64,000 nucleotides of DNA from an uncultured Thermodesulfobacteriota bacterium (GCA_964501575.1 CAZCTP010000001.1:21566-85565), one strand, 5' to 3'; positions 21,813-32,376 are shown, counted from the first letter of the stretch. Program-made: numbers and translations. Notes: generated from the sequence alone by a model not told the origin.

Positions 21813-24221
21813 ATGGAAAGGAAATGGATTGGAACTTCGATGAAAAGAAGGGAGGATTTAAGGTTCTTAACCGGGAAGGGGAATTTTATAGGGGATTTTA
21901 ATATGATAGGAATGCTTCATATGGCTATTTTAAGAAGCCCCTATGCCCATGCAAAGATTAAAAAGATAGATACAAGTAAGTTAGAAAATAAAAAAGGGGT
22001 TTTTGCTGTCCTCACAGGGGATGAGGTGGTGAAGAGGACAGAACCATTCCCAACAGCAGTTCCAGTCAATGCTCCTTACTATTGTATGGCTGTTGATAGG
22101 ATTAGATATAAGGGGGAACCGGTAGCTGCTGTTGCTGCTATTGATAGATATACTGCAGAGGATGCGATAGAACTAATAGATGTGGAATATGAGCCTCTTC
22201 CTGCTGTTGTTGATGCTGAGGAGGCTATGAAGGAAGGAGCTCCTGTACTTCATGATGGAGTTGGAAACAATATAGGATGGCATAGGGAATATAGATATGG
22301 TGATGTAGATGCTGCTTTCAAAGAAGCTGATTATATATTTAAAGAAAGGCTTATATTCCCAAGATTTTCTTCAACTCCAACAGAAACCTATGGATGTGCA
22401 GCTAAATATGAACCCATAGAGAACAAATTGACCATCTGGGCAGGAGAACAGAATCCTGGAATGATGAGGCCGGCTATAGCTGTTGCTTTACGCCTTCCAT
22501 TAAATAAAGTAAGGCTTATAGTTAATGATATAGGAGGAGGATTCGGGAATAAAGTTGCTACATTTCCCTTTACTACGTTAATAGGTCTAATGGCTATGAA
22601 AACCGGAGGAAGACCGGTTAAATATATAGAAGATAGGATTGAGCATAATACTACCTCATGTCATGGGAGTGATAGAATATTTGATGTAGAGTTTGCTGTA
22701 AAGAACGATGGGCATATACTTGGATTAAAGGTTAAGCATATAGATAATTTTGGGGCTTATTTCAGGGCTCCAGAACCACTTGGGGCTGCTCTTACCTTTC
22801 ATATAAGTTGGGTAGGGACCTATAGGATTAAGAATGTAGCTGTTGATATATATGCTGTTTTCACTAATAAGTCTCCATCTGGGCCGAACAGAGGATATGG
22901 AAGACAGCCAGTTCATTTTGTACTGGAAAGAATGATGGATATAATTGCAAAAAAATTGAATATTGATATTACTGAAATAAGGTATAAAAACTTCATTCAA
23001 CCTGATGAAATGCCCTATCTAACTCCAAGCGGGAGTCTATATGATAGTGGTAATTACCCTTTAACTTTAAAAAAGGCTTTAGAGCTAATAGATTACGAAG
23101 GATTCAGGAAAAAACAGAAAGAATTATTAAAAGAGGGGAAATATATAGGGATAGGAATAACTTCAGAGGTTGAGTCTGCGGCATCCAATATGGCAGAGTT
23201 TCAATTTATGGATGAGAGGTCTCTATATTTTGGGAGTGGACAAACAGAAGCCTGTGGAATAAGTATGGATGCCTTTGGCCAGGTTACTATTGCCTTTGGA
23301 GCTCCAAGCCCTGGAACAAGTCATGAGACTGTTGTTCCTCAAATAGTAGCTGATGAGCTTGGTATCGATCCTGAAAATATTATATATCTTCCTGGCTTCG
23401 ATTCTGCTACCCGCCCTCATACTGTTCAATCAGGAACTTATGCCAGTAGATTTGCAGCAATAGGAGCAAGTGCTGTTGTTGGAGCAGCAAGAAAACTTAA
23501 AGAAAAGATTAAAAGGATTGCTTCGCATAAACTTGAGGCAGCCATTGATGATATAGAATTAGGAGATGGGATGGTGTATGTAAAGGGTTCTCCAGAAAAG
23601 GGTATTCCGATTAATGAGATTGCCTTTATAGCAAATAGCCATACCCTATTATTACCTGAAGATATAGAGCCGGGTTTAAATGTTAATCATTTCCATCAAT
23701 TCCCAACCATGAATATGGTGGATGATCAAAACAGAGTGAATTTAGCGTCAACTTACTCCAATGGTGTTCATATATCCATTGTAGAGGTTGACCCTAAGAC
23801 AGGTGATATTAAATTATTAAGGTATGTAGTAGTTCATGACTGTGGATTTGTAATAAACCCTACCATTGTTGAGGGTCAGGTTCATGGAGGAGTTGCACAT
23901 GGAATAGGTGGGGGATTATGGGAAGAGTATCTATATGATGAAAATGGTCAGATGTTAAATCCACTATTTGGTGATTATATAGTTCCTAAGGCTACAGAGC
24001 TTATAGATATTGAAGTTTCCCACCTTGAAAGCCCATCTCCCTTTACTCCTCTTGGAAGTAAAGGAATGGGAGAAGGAGGGGCAACTTCTTCTCCAGTAAA
24101 TATAGCAAACGCTGTGGAGGATGCCTTAAAGCCTTTTGGAGTGAAAGTTACAAGGATACCGCTTACTCCTGAAAGGGTTTTAAATATAATTAAAGAAGGA
24201 GGGGAAAGATGTACTCAATAG
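21813..24221 (+). CDS. Second xanthine-dehydrogenase-family molybdopterin-binding large subunit (HmfA/CoxL-like)
   Basis: RREDLRFLTG, GGGFGNK, FRAPEP, TNKSPSGPNRGYG, YDSGNY, GQVHGGVAHGIG, KGMGEG. Confidence 0.9.
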   Translation: MERKWIGTSMKRREDLRFLTGKGNFIGDFNMIGMLHMAILRSPYAHAKIKKIDTSKLENKKGVFAVLTGDEVVKRTEPFPTAVPVNAPYYCMAVDRIRYKGEPVAAVAAIDRYTAEDAIELIDVEYEPLPAVVDAEEAMKEGAPVLHDGVGNNIGWHREYRYGDVDAAFKEADYIFKERLIFPRFSSTPTETYGCAAKYEPIENKLTIWAGEQNPGMMRPAIAVALRLPLNKVRLIVNDIGGGFGNKVATFPFTTLIGLMAMKTGGRPVKYIEDRIEHNTTSCHGSDRIFDVEFAVKNDGHILGLKVKHIDNFGAYFRAPEPLGAALTFHISWVGTYRIKNVAVDIYAVFTNKSPSGPNRGYGRQPVHFVLERMMDIIAKKLNIDITEIRYKNFIQPDEMPYLTPSGSLYDSGNYPLTLKKALELIDYEGFRKKQKELLKEGKYIGIGITSEVESAASNMAEFQFMDERSLYFGSGQTEACGISMDAFGQVTIAFGAPSPGTSHETVVPQIVADELGIDPENIIYLPGFDSATRPHTVQSGTYASRFAAIGASAVVGAARKLKEKIKRIASHKLEAAIDDIELGDGMVYVKGSPEKGIPINEIAFIANSHTLLLPEDIEPGLNVNHFHQFPTMNMVDDQNRVNLASTYSNGVHISIVEVDPKTGDIKLLRYVVVHDCGFVINPTIVEGQVHGGVAHGIGGGLWEEYLYDENGQMLNPLFGDYIVPKATELIDIEVSHLESPSPFTPLGSKGMGEGGATSSPVNIANAVEDALKPFGVKVTRIPLTPERVLNIIKEGGERCTQ

Positions 24222-26305
24222 GTATAGATATTGGAGGGACATTTACAGATGGAGTTCTTATAGATGAGAAAGGGAAAGTAATTAATGCGAAGGTTTTAAA
24301 TACTCCAGATAATTTAGCGAGGGGAGTAATCCTGTTATTAGAAAAGTTATCAAAGATTTTAAATAAAGATGTGTATGAGTTAGTATCTCAGACAAACCGC
24401 ATTGTTCATGGAACAACCATAAGCACGAATGCTATTATAACTGGAAGTGGGGCAAAAACCGGGATGATAACCACCGAGAACTTTAGAGATATTATAGAAA
24501 TGAGGAGGGGTATAAGGTGGGCACCCTTTAATAATAAAATTGAGTGTCCCATGATGCTGGTTCCAAGATACTTACGGATTGGTGTACCAGAACGCTATGA
24601 TTGGGAGGGGAATGAGCTTATACCTCTAAATGAGGATGCGGTAAGAAATGCGGCAAGTTTCTTTAAAGATGAAGGGGTTGAGTCTATAGCAATCTGTTTT
24701 CTGTGGTCTTTCCTATATCCCGATCATGAAAGAAGAGCAAAGGAGATTGTAAAAGATGAATATCCAGAGGTTTATGTTACTACATCATCTGAAATTATTC
24801 CTATAATAAGAGAGTTTGAGAGATTTAGTACTACTGTTATAAGTGCATATGTAGGACCAATAGTAAGAAAATATTTAGAAGAATTGAATAAAAGCCTTAA
24901 TGAAATGGGATTTAGGGGAGAATTTCTAATACAGACATCTGCAGGAGGAGTTCAGACTGTAGGGGGAGTACAGAGTATTGAGACAGCGATATTGAAAGCT
25001 GTGATAACTATTGGATCCGGTCCTGCAAGCGGTCCCCCAGCAGGTATATATTTTGGAAATATTGCAGGGTCTAAGGATATTGTAACTTTTGATATGGGAG
25101 GAACAAGCCTTGATGTCTGTTTAATAAAGGATAATATAATTCCTTCCACCACAGAGAGCTGGGTTGCTGGAACAAGAGGAGTAACAGGTCATAGATGTGC
25201 TATAAAGATGGTAGATGTCCATTCAGTTGGTGCGGGGGGAGGAAGTATCGCATGGATTGACCCTGCAGGTATTCTAAGAGTGGGACCAAGGAGTGCAGGA
25301 GCATACCCTGGTCCTGCATGTTATGGGTTGGGTGGAGAATATCCTACAGTAACAGATGCTAATCTTCTCTTAGGTTATTTATCACCAGATTATTTTTTAG
25401 GTGGTGAGATTAGATTAAATGCAGAGGCTGCGGAGAGAGCTATGAAGAAGATAGCTAAGCCACTCGATATGGATATATATAAAACAGCATATTCTATACA
25501 TGAACTGGCAAATCATGCAATGGTTGGGGCTCTCTCTTCTATTTCAGTAGAAAGGGGATATGATCCGAGAGATTTTGTCATAGTTGTCGGAGGAGGAGCT
25601 GGTGGCACTCATGTTGCAAGGGTTGCAGGAGAGATGAATATTAATAAGGTTATCATTCCAAAGATAGCCCCTCAATTCTGCGCCTTTGGAATGCTAAATG
25701 CGGATATAAGACATGATTTTGTTCAATCCTATTGGGTTCCTCAACATAAATGGAATTTTGATGAGGTCAAAGGATTCCTGGAAAGGATGAAAAAGGAAGG
25801 GATATCCTATTTAGAAAAGGAGGGAGTGAGAAAGGAGGATATGTATTTTATAATATCTGCGGATATGAGGTATATAGGACAGTTTCATGAGGTTGAGGTG
25901 ATTATTCCTGAGGAGGATATAAATGAAGAGATATTATTTAAAAAATTGCCTGAGGAATTTCATGTTAAACATGCAGCTTTATACACATATTCTGCTCCAC
26001 ATCGCCCAATAGAGATGTTGAACTTGAGAGTAGTTGCCCTGGGAAGGACTCCGAAACCAAAGCTTGAAGAAATGGAATTTACAAGAGAAGATATTAAATC
26101 AGCACTAAAGGGTAGAAGAAAAGTATATCTTAAGGAATATTCGGATTTTTCAGAAGTGGATGTATATAATGGTGAGAGGCTAAAAAATGGCCACGTAGTT
26201 AAAGGTCCTGCAATTATAGAGGAAATAGCTACTACTTTATTGGTCCCACCGGGGTACAAATTTGAAATAGATAAATTTGGAAGCTATATAGGAGGTGTAG
26301 CATGA
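24209..26305 (+). CDS. Hydantoinase/oxoprolinase subunit A (ATP-dependent amidohydrolase/carboxylase family)
   Basis: DIGGTFTD, HGTTISTNA, EFERFSTT, SGPASG, DMGGTSLD, GAGGGS, GPRSAGAYPGP, PTVTDAN. Confidence 0.92.
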   Translation: MYSIGIDIGGTFTDGVLIDEKGKVINAKVLNTPDNLARGVILLLEKLSKILNKDVYELVSQTNRIVHGTTISTNAIITGSGAKTGMITTENFRDIIEMRRGIRWAPFNNKIECPMMLVPRYLRIGVPERYDWEGNELIPLNEDAVRNAASFFKDEGVESIAICFLWSFLYPDHERRAKEIVKDEYPEVYVTTSSEIIPIIREFERFSTTVISAYVGPIVRKYLEELNKSLNEMGFRGEFLIQTSAGGVQTVGGVQSIETAILKAVITIGSGPASGPPAGIYFGNIAGSKDIVTFDMGGTSLDVCLIKDNIIPSTTESWVAGTRGVTGHRCAIKMVDVHSVGAGGGSIAWIDPAGILRVGPRSAGAYPGPACYGLGGEYPTVTDANLLLGYLSPDYFLGGEIRLNAEAAERAMKKIAKPLDMDIYKTAYSIHELANHAMVGALSSISVERGYDPRDFVIVVGGGAGGTHVARVAGEMNINKVIIPKIAPQFCAFGMLNADIRHDFVQSYWVPQHKWNFDEVKGFLERMKKEGISYLEKEGVRKEDMYFIISADMRYIGQFHEVEVIIPEEDINEEILFKKLPEEFHVKHAALYTYSAPHRPIEMLNLRVVALGRTPKPKLEEMEFTREDIKSALKGRRKVYLKEYSDFSEVDVYNGERLKNGHVVKGPAIIEEIATTLLVPPGYKFEIDKFGSYIGGVA

Positions 26306-28095
26306 TTGACCCTTTAACTTTAGCAGTAATTAAAAATAGATTAACAAGCATTACAAGGGAGATGGGAAAGATATTAGAAAAATGTGCTCAGGCTCCCACA
26401 ATAGGAGAATTACATGATTCAACAGCTGGAATATATGACTGGGATGGAGGATTGGTAGCCCAAGTGGAATATCTTCCGCCCCACATAGGGGGTTCGAGAC
26501 ATGCTTTAAAGAGTGTTATAAAGACATATAGAGAAGATTTTAAAATAGATATAAATCCAGGAGATACATTTCTTATAAATTATCCTTACGTATATCATGG
26601 TGGAGGGCATCTATCAGATGTATCAATGATAGAGCCTATTTTTTATAGGGATGAGATTATCTCGTGGGCATATACAAGAGGACATCAACATGATATCGGG
26701 GCAGCATTACCAACTATGGGATTTATTCCAGGAGCCTATGATATTCATGGAGAAGGTCTTATAATAACCCCTATCAAGATATTTGAAAGAGGGGAAGAGA
26801 GGAAAGATGTATTTAATTTAATTCTTTCAAATGTAAGAGATGGAGACCTTGTGAGGGTGGATCTTATGGCTCAGTATAGCTGTTTACAATCTGCCAAAAA
26901 GAGTATTTTAGAGCTTCTAAATAAATATGGTATAGATATGTATAGAGATGCTATAATAGAGCTTCATAACTCTGCTGAAAGAGCAATGAGAAAAGAGATT
27001 AAAAAGATGTATGATGGTAAATATTGTGCTGAATCCTATGCCTCCCATGATGGGAAGCAGGATGAAGGGACACATAGACCATCATCTGGCCCTGTTTATG
27101 TTAGGGTTGAATTAACAATTGATGGGGATGATATGATAATAGATTTTTCAAATACAGATAAGCAGGTGTATTTTATAAATAGTCCCTATGTAAATACAGA
27201 AGGATATACATTTAATGCCATATTTCATACGGTTGATCCATTAATAGATCATGTAGAGGGGGCCTATCGACCTGTCAAGCTTATTATTCCTGAGGGAACC
27301 GCAGTTAATCCTAAATATCCAGCCACTGTGGCTGCCTGTACTATAACCCTTGGAGAGGTTATATATGAAGCGGTTCAAAGAGCTCTACAACAAGCCTCTC
27401 CTATGGATACTGCTGCTATATGGGGAAGGCATCAGACATCCATAGTAAGCGGATTTGATACAAGAAAAGGAAAGGGTAACAGATATTATATTATGCCAAT
27501 ATTCAATTCTGATGGAGGGAGTGGGGCGACATGGGGATATGATGGGTGGCCTGCTATAGGGTTCTGTGGATTTGCTGGAAGTGCTACGAAAGCTCCTATA
27601 GAGTTTATAGAGTTCCTTTCACCATGGATTGTAGAAAAATGTGAATTTGTTACAGACTCTGGAGGAGCTGGTCGCTTTAGGGGAGGAGTCGGAACTCACT
27701 GGAGAATGAGACATATAGCAGATATCCCTGGGTTTAACCATCTTGAATATGATTGTTGCGTTCCAGGATTAGAGGCAAGGGGGCATCTTGGAGGTAAGGA
27801 TGCTCCGATATGTAAGTTATATGTTACCAGGGGTGGTAAGACAGAGCAACATTCTGGAGGTATGCATCTTATAAGGACAGATCCTCAATGTGTAATTGAA
27901 TCAATAGGTCAGGGTGGTGGAGGAGTTGGAAACCCATTAGAAAGAGAGATAGAGAAGGTGGAGTATGATGTTAAAAATGGATTTGTTTCTATAGAAAAGG
28001 CAAAGGAAGACTATGGAGTTATTATAGATCCTGTAACTCTCAGAGCAGATTATGAAGCCACAGAAAAGCTAAGGAAAACAAAAAAGGAGGAGTAA
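26302..28095 (+). CDS. Hydantoinase B/oxoprolinase subunit
   Basis: ELHDSTAG, NYPY...GGHLSD, GHQHDIG, DIHGEGL, DSGGAGRFRGG, GGGGVGNPLERE. Confidence 0.92.
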   Translation: MIDPLTLAVIKNRLTSITREMGKILEKCAQAPTIGELHDSTAGIYDWDGGLVAQVEYLPPHIGGSRHALKSVIKTYREDFKIDINPGDTFLINYPYVYHGGGHLSDVSMIEPIFYRDEIISWAYTRGHQHDIGAALPTMGFIPGAYDIHGEGLIITPIKIFERGEERKDVFNLILSNVRDGDLVRVDLMAQYSCLQSAKKSILELLNKYGIDMYRDAIIELHNSAERAMRKEIKKMYDGKYCAESYASHDGKQDEGTHRPSSGPVYVRVELTIDGDDMIIDFSNTDKQVYFINSPYVNTEGYTFNAIFHTVDPLIDHVEGAYRPVKLIIPEGTAVNPKYPATVAACTITLGEVIYEAVQRALQQASPMDTAAIWGRHQTSIVSGFDTRKGKGNRYYIMPIFNSDGGSGATWGYDGWPAIGFCGFAGSATKAPIEFIEFLSPWIVEKCEFVTDSGGAGRFRGGVGTHWRMRHIADIPGFNHLEYDCCVPGLEARGHLGGKDAPICKLYVTRGGKTEQHSGGMHLIRTDPQCVIESIGQGGGGVGNPLEREIEKVEYDVKNGFVSIEKAKEDYGVIIDPVTLRADYEATEKLRKTKKEE

Positions 28096-28096
28096 G

Positions 28097-30613
28097 ATGG
28101 GAGAGAAATGGGTTGATACAGTATGCAGGATGTGTTTTACAGGATGTGGAATAAGAGTTAAGGTTGAAGATGGGGTTGTTACAAAAATTGAAGGAAATCC
28201 TAATAGCCCTATAAACTGGGGTAAAATATGTCCAAAGGGGCAAGCTGGGTTAATGACCCATTATAATCCCAAGAGGGTAATGAAGCCTTTAAAAAGGGGA
28301 AACCCTGAAAAGGGAATTGGAGTGGATCCAAAGTGGATAGAGATAACGTGGGAGGAGGCGATGGACATAGTTGTTGATAGGATAAAGGAGGTATATGAAG
28401 ATGATCCAAGGAAGATAGTATTTTTATGCCTTGATCACCATCTTTTTTCCACAGGATTTCTTGTTCCATGGTTTTTTGCGCTAAGGACCCCAAACTATTT
28501 TGCTGGAGGGGCGGGGGTAACATGTGGTGGTGGACAGCATCAGGCATCTGCTCTTATTCATGGATCCTTTGTTACTGTCCCTGATCTGGATTATTGTAAC
28601 TATCTTATTCTTATGGGAACTCAATTTGCCCATGAGGCATTATATTGCCTTCCTAATTATGCATCCAGGCTTGCTGATGCAAGGGAGAGGGGAATGAAGC
28701 TTGTAGTGGTTGATCCAGTAGGCACAAAGACAGCATCCAAGGCAGATGAATGGCTTCCGATAAGGCCCGGGACAGATGGAGCTCTTGCTCTATGTATGAT
28801 AAATCTTCTTATAAATGAATTTGGTATATATGATAGGGAATTTATTAAAAATCATACTAATGGAACCTATCTTATAAATAAGGATGGATATTATATAAGA
28901 GATAAGGAGAGTGGGAAACCTCTTGTATGGGATTTGAAGGATGGTTCTCCAAAGACTCACGATAGAGAGGATATAGGAGATCTGGCTATTGAGGGGAGTT
29001 ATGATGTATATGGAGAGGAGGGGGTACCGGCTTTTCAGTTAATTAAGGAGCATGTGAAGGGGTATACAGAAGATAAAGTTTCAGAGATAACGGCTATTCC
29101 AAGGGAGAAGATAAGAAGAATCGCAAAGGAATTTGGGGAGGCTGCGAGGATAGGTAGTAATATTGATATTAGAGGAAAAAAACTTCCCTATAGGCCTGCA
29201 TCTGTCCTATACTTTAAGGGGGCTCAGGGGCATAAACATGCTTTACATACATCATTAGCCATTGAGTTGCTTAATGTTATAGTCGGAGCCATAGATGTTC
29301 CTGGAGGGTGTCTTGGTTCGAGTCCCGCGGGTCCATTCTGGTCTCCTCAGATTGGGGAAGATGGGCTAATTGTTCCAGGGTATGTTACCCTTCCTCATCC
29401 CTATCCAGCGAGGCAGGTAAGACCTCCTCAGTCTTATATCCTTGAGGAGCTATTCCCCATAGCCTGTGAGACATCCCATATTTTTGTTGAAACAATTAGA
29501 AATCCTGAAAAATATAAATTTTCCTACAAGCCTGAAATTTTAATTCATTATTATTGTAATGCTATGAAGAACACAGGCAATCCAGAGATGGTAGCAGATG
29601 CGTTAAAAAAGATACCATTTCAGATGTCTATTTCTCTATGGATAGATGAGACTGCGGAGTTTGCAGATATTATATTCCCGGATACATCATACTTAGAGAG
29701 ACTTGATCCATTTCCAAATGTTCATACTGCATGGGTTCCGGTAGGGCTTGATAATCCCCATACATGGCAATTAAGAAAACCTGTTGTTGATCCACCAGAG
29801 GGTGTTCGCCCTGCTGTTGAGACTCTATTTGAGATTGCAGAGAGAGTTGGATTTTTATCTGACTATTATGCAATATTCAATGAAGCTTCATTTTCTGGGA
29901 CAAAGATACCTCTCAAAGAGCAATATAAACTTGATCCGAGTAAGAAGTATAGCTGGGAGGAGATTGTTGATAGACAGGCAAAGAGTATGTTTGGGGAGGA
30001 GCATGGGCTTGAATGGTTTAAGGAACATGGACTTATTACTATACCCAAGAAGGTTAGCGATATATATATGCCCTTTGGAAAGGCAAAGATTCAGATATAC
30101 TTTGAATACCTTAGGAGAGTCGGCGAAGAGGTTGATAAAGTAACCAAGGAATGTGGAATTGACTGGGATATTTCAGATTATACTCCTCTGGTTGATTGGA
30201 AGCCATGTCCTGCTTATGAACCAGATGGGGAATATAATCTCTTTGCAGTAAATTACAAGACTGTATATCATACCTTTGCTGCGACACAGAATAATGCCTG
30301 GCTTGAGGAAGTTGCTGAAGATGACCCCTATGCCTATAAGATAATGATTCATAGGGAGGTTGCTAAAAAGAGGGGAATAAAGGATAATGACATTGTCTCT
30401 GTTGAATCTAAATGGGGAGGTGTGAAGGGGAGGGCTGTTATAACAGATTTTATATATCCGGAAGCAATAGGAATTGCTGGTTCTTATGGAAGCTGGGTAG
30501 CTTCTGGGAAGGGAGTAGATTATAATAGGCTTATTCCGATAGACCTTGAACATACAGATTATGTATCCTGTAACATAGATCTCTGCGTTAGGGTTAAACT
30601 TTCAAAGATATAA
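28097..30613 (+). CDS. Cytoplasmic DMSO-reductase-family Mo-bisPGD catalytic subunit (PadB/pyrogallol-transhydroxylase-like)
   Basis: No Tat leader. CRMCFTGC...ICPKGQAG [4Fe-4S] motif, KRGNPEKGIGVDPKW, PIRPGTDGALAL, C-terminal dinucleotide domain. Confidence 0.85.
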   Translation: MGEKWVDTVCRMCFTGCGIRVKVEDGVVTKIEGNPNSPINWGKICPKGQAGLMTHYNPKRVMKPLKRGNPEKGIGVDPKWIEITWEEAMDIVVDRIKEVYEDDPRKIVFLCLDHHLFSTGFLVPWFFALRTPNYFAGGAGVTCGGGQHQASALIHGSFVTVPDLDYCNYLILMGTQFAHEALYCLPNYASRLADARERGMKLVVVDPVGTKTASKADEWLPIRPGTDGALALCMINLLINEFGIYDREFIKNHTNGTYLINKDGYYIRDKESGKPLVWDLKDGSPKTHDREDIGDLAIEGSYDVYGEEGVPAFQLIKEHVKGYTEDKVSEITAIPREKIRRIAKEFGEAARIGSNIDIRGKKLPYRPASVLYFKGAQGHKHALHTSLAIELLNVIVGAIDVPGGCLGSSPAGPFWSPQIGEDGLIVPGYVTLPHPYPARQVRPPQSYILEELFPIACETSHIFVETIRNPEKYKFSYKPEILIHYYCNAMKNTGNPEMVADALKKIPFQMSISLWIDETAEFADIIFPDTSYLERLDPFPNVHTAWVPVGLDNPHTWQLRKPVVDPPEGVRPAVETLFEIAERVGFLSDYYAIFNEASFSGTKIPLKEQYKLDPSKKYSWEEIVDRQAKSMFGEEHGLEWFKEHGLITIPKKVSDIYMPFGKAKIQIYFEYLRRVGEEVDKVTKECGIDWDISDYTPLVDWKPCPAYEPDGEYNLFAVNYKTVYHTFAATQNNAWLEEVAEDDPYAYKIMIHREVAKKRGIKDNDIVSVESKWGGVKGRAVITDFIYPEAIGIAGSYGSWVASGKGVDYNRLIPIDLEHTDYVSCNIDLCVRVKLSKI

Positions 30614-30637
30614 TGAAAAGTTATAGGAGGTATTGAT

Positions 30638-31243
30638 ATGGCAAAATATGGAATGGTAATAAATCTAAAAAGATGTGTAGGATGTAATGCCTGTACAATT
30701 GCATGTAGAGGCGAGAATGGGACCGACCCTGGCATTAAATGGTGCTGGGTGGAAGATAGAGAGATAGGAGAATATCCAAACGTCAAAAGAGTTTTTTTAC
30801 CTCTGTTATGTATGCATTGTGAAGAACCATCCTGTCTTACAGTATGTCCTACCGGGGCTACATATAAGGATGAAAATTCAGTTGTTTTGGTGGATTATGA
30901 TAAGTGTATAGGATGTAAATCATGTATCTTAGCATGTCCATATAAAGCTCGCTATTTTAGAAAAAAAGAGATTTCATATTTTGAAGGGATAGAGACTCCC
31001 TATGAGAGAATTAAAAAGAAAAAACATAGTGTAGGAGTTGTAGAAAAATGCGATTTCTGTGTTGATAGAATAAAGAATGGGGCAGAGCCATCATGTGTCC
31101 AGACTTGCATGACAAAGGCGAGGATATTTGGGGACCTCGATGATGTAGATAGTGAAGTTTTTCAAACCTTGAATAAGAGGTCTTGCATAAGCCTTCTTAA
31201 AGAGCTTGGAACAAATCCTAAAGTCTTCTATATTTTACCTTAA
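30638..31243 (+). CDS. 4x[4Fe-4S] electron-transfer subunit (DmsB/PadC-like)
   Basis: CVGCNACTIAC, CMHCEEPSCLTVCPTGA, CIGCKSCILACPY, CDFC...CVQTC. Confidence 0.95.
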   Translation: MAKYGMVINLKRCVGCNACTIACRGENGTDPGIKWCWVEDREIGEYPNVKRVFLPLLCMHCEEPSCLTVCPTGATYKDENSVVLVDYDKCIGCKSCILACPYKARYFRKKEISYFEGIETPYERIKKKKHSVGVVEKCDFCVDRIKNGAEPSCVQTCMTKARIFGDLDDVDSEVFQTLNKRSCISLLKELGTNPKVFYILP

Positions 31244-31256
31244 AGGGGGTCGAAGA

Positions 31257-32090
31257 ATGGAAAGAGGATTAAAAATACAGGATATGTGGAAGGGATGGGT
31301 AGCTATAGACTTATTCCTTGGAGGAATAGGAGCTGGACTTTTTCAATTCTCTTTTTTTATAAAAAATATTCCAAGATTTTTTATCTTATTGGGTCCATTA
31401 CTTGTAGCCTTAGGAATGATATGTTTGTGGATAGAAATTGGAAGAAGAGAAAAAGTTATAAAGGTATTCTTAAAACCTGAAAACTCTTGGAGCAGTAGGG
31501 GGGCTATAATAAGTATTATTTTTATAATCTCAGCCATTATATATGCTATTTCATTTAATAGAGTATTTGGATATATAGGATTGATTTTTTCTATATTAGT
31601 CGCATATTATCATGGGCTCCTTTTATTATCATCAAAGGGGATCCCCTTTTGGAATATAGGGACATTACCGATACTTCTCTTTATAAATTCCCTTACAGGG
31701 GGAGGGGTTATTGCTTTAGCTCTTTCTTGGATATATTCTCCTAATATTACGGAATTTTTATCCAAATTAATATTTATTTTTGTAATAGCGAATATAGTTA
31801 TTATATATACTCATTTATATATTGCCTTTTCTTACAGAAGAGAATCAAAGGCATCTGTTAAACTATTGATGGGTAATGGACTGTTTATTTTTGGATCACT
31901 AATAATAGGCCTCTTCTTACCTTTAGGATTATTGTTTATATCCATTATTAAAGGTGGGATGTCCTATATAATACTTATTTTTACGGGAATATCTTTTTTA
32001 ATAGGAGTTTTTTCACTCAGATATTCAATATTATCCAGTGGAGTATATCCTCAAAGTGAGTCAATACTTTATGAAGGAATAAGGGAATGA
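31257..32090 (+). CDS. NrfD/PsrC/DmsC-type membrane anchor (start re-called from 31206 to ATG 31257)
   Basis: WVAIDLFLGGIGAG, SWSSRGA, YYHGLLL...GIPFWN, about 8 hydrophobic segments. Confidence 0.85.
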   Translation: MERGLKIQDMWKGWVAIDLFLGGIGAGLFQFSFFIKNIPRFFILLGPLLVALGMICLWIEIGRREKVIKVFLKPENSWSSRGAIISIIFIISAIIYAISFNRVFGYIGLIFSILVAYYHGLLLLSSKGIPFWNIGTLPILLFINSLTGGGVIALALSWIYSPNITEFLSKLIFIFVIANIVIIYTHLYIAFSYRRESKASVKLLMGNGLFIFGSLIIGLFLPLGLLFISIIKGGMSYIILIFTGISFLIGVFSLRYSILSSGVYPQSESILYEGIRE

Positions 32091-32365
32091 TATCTGTAAA
32101 TGTAAAATTATATATGGGTCCTTCGGGCATAAAAGAAAAAGGTTTTACAGATATAAAAATAGATAGAAGAATTTCAGATCTTATAGAATTTATAGATAAT
32201 AAAACGGATGGACATTTTAAAAAGGTTATTTTTAATAATAGAGGTAATCTTCATCCCTATGTTAATATTATAGTAAATGGTAGAAAAGTTGCTAATATTA
32301 ATGAAAATCTTAATGATGGTGACGATATATCATTTATGGTAATTCGTCCTTTAGCAGGAGGTTAA
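32087..32365 (+). CDS. MoaD/ThiS-like ubiquitin-fold sulfur carrier
   Basis: C-terminal RPLAGG di-glycine; VNIIVNG...LNDGDDISF. Confidence 0.85.
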   Translation: MISVNVKLYMGPSGIKEKGFTDIKIDRRISDLIEFIDNKTDGHFKKVIFNNRGNLHPYVNIIVNGRKVANINENLNDGDDISFMVIRPLAGG

Positions 32366-32376
32366 AAGGAGGCATT

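Noticed and set aside
17828-24221. Aerobic carbon-monoxide dehydrogenase (coxL)
   Set aside because: Neither AYxCSFR nor AYRGAGR is present, there is no coxS/coxM, and the context is CoA-dependent catabolism.
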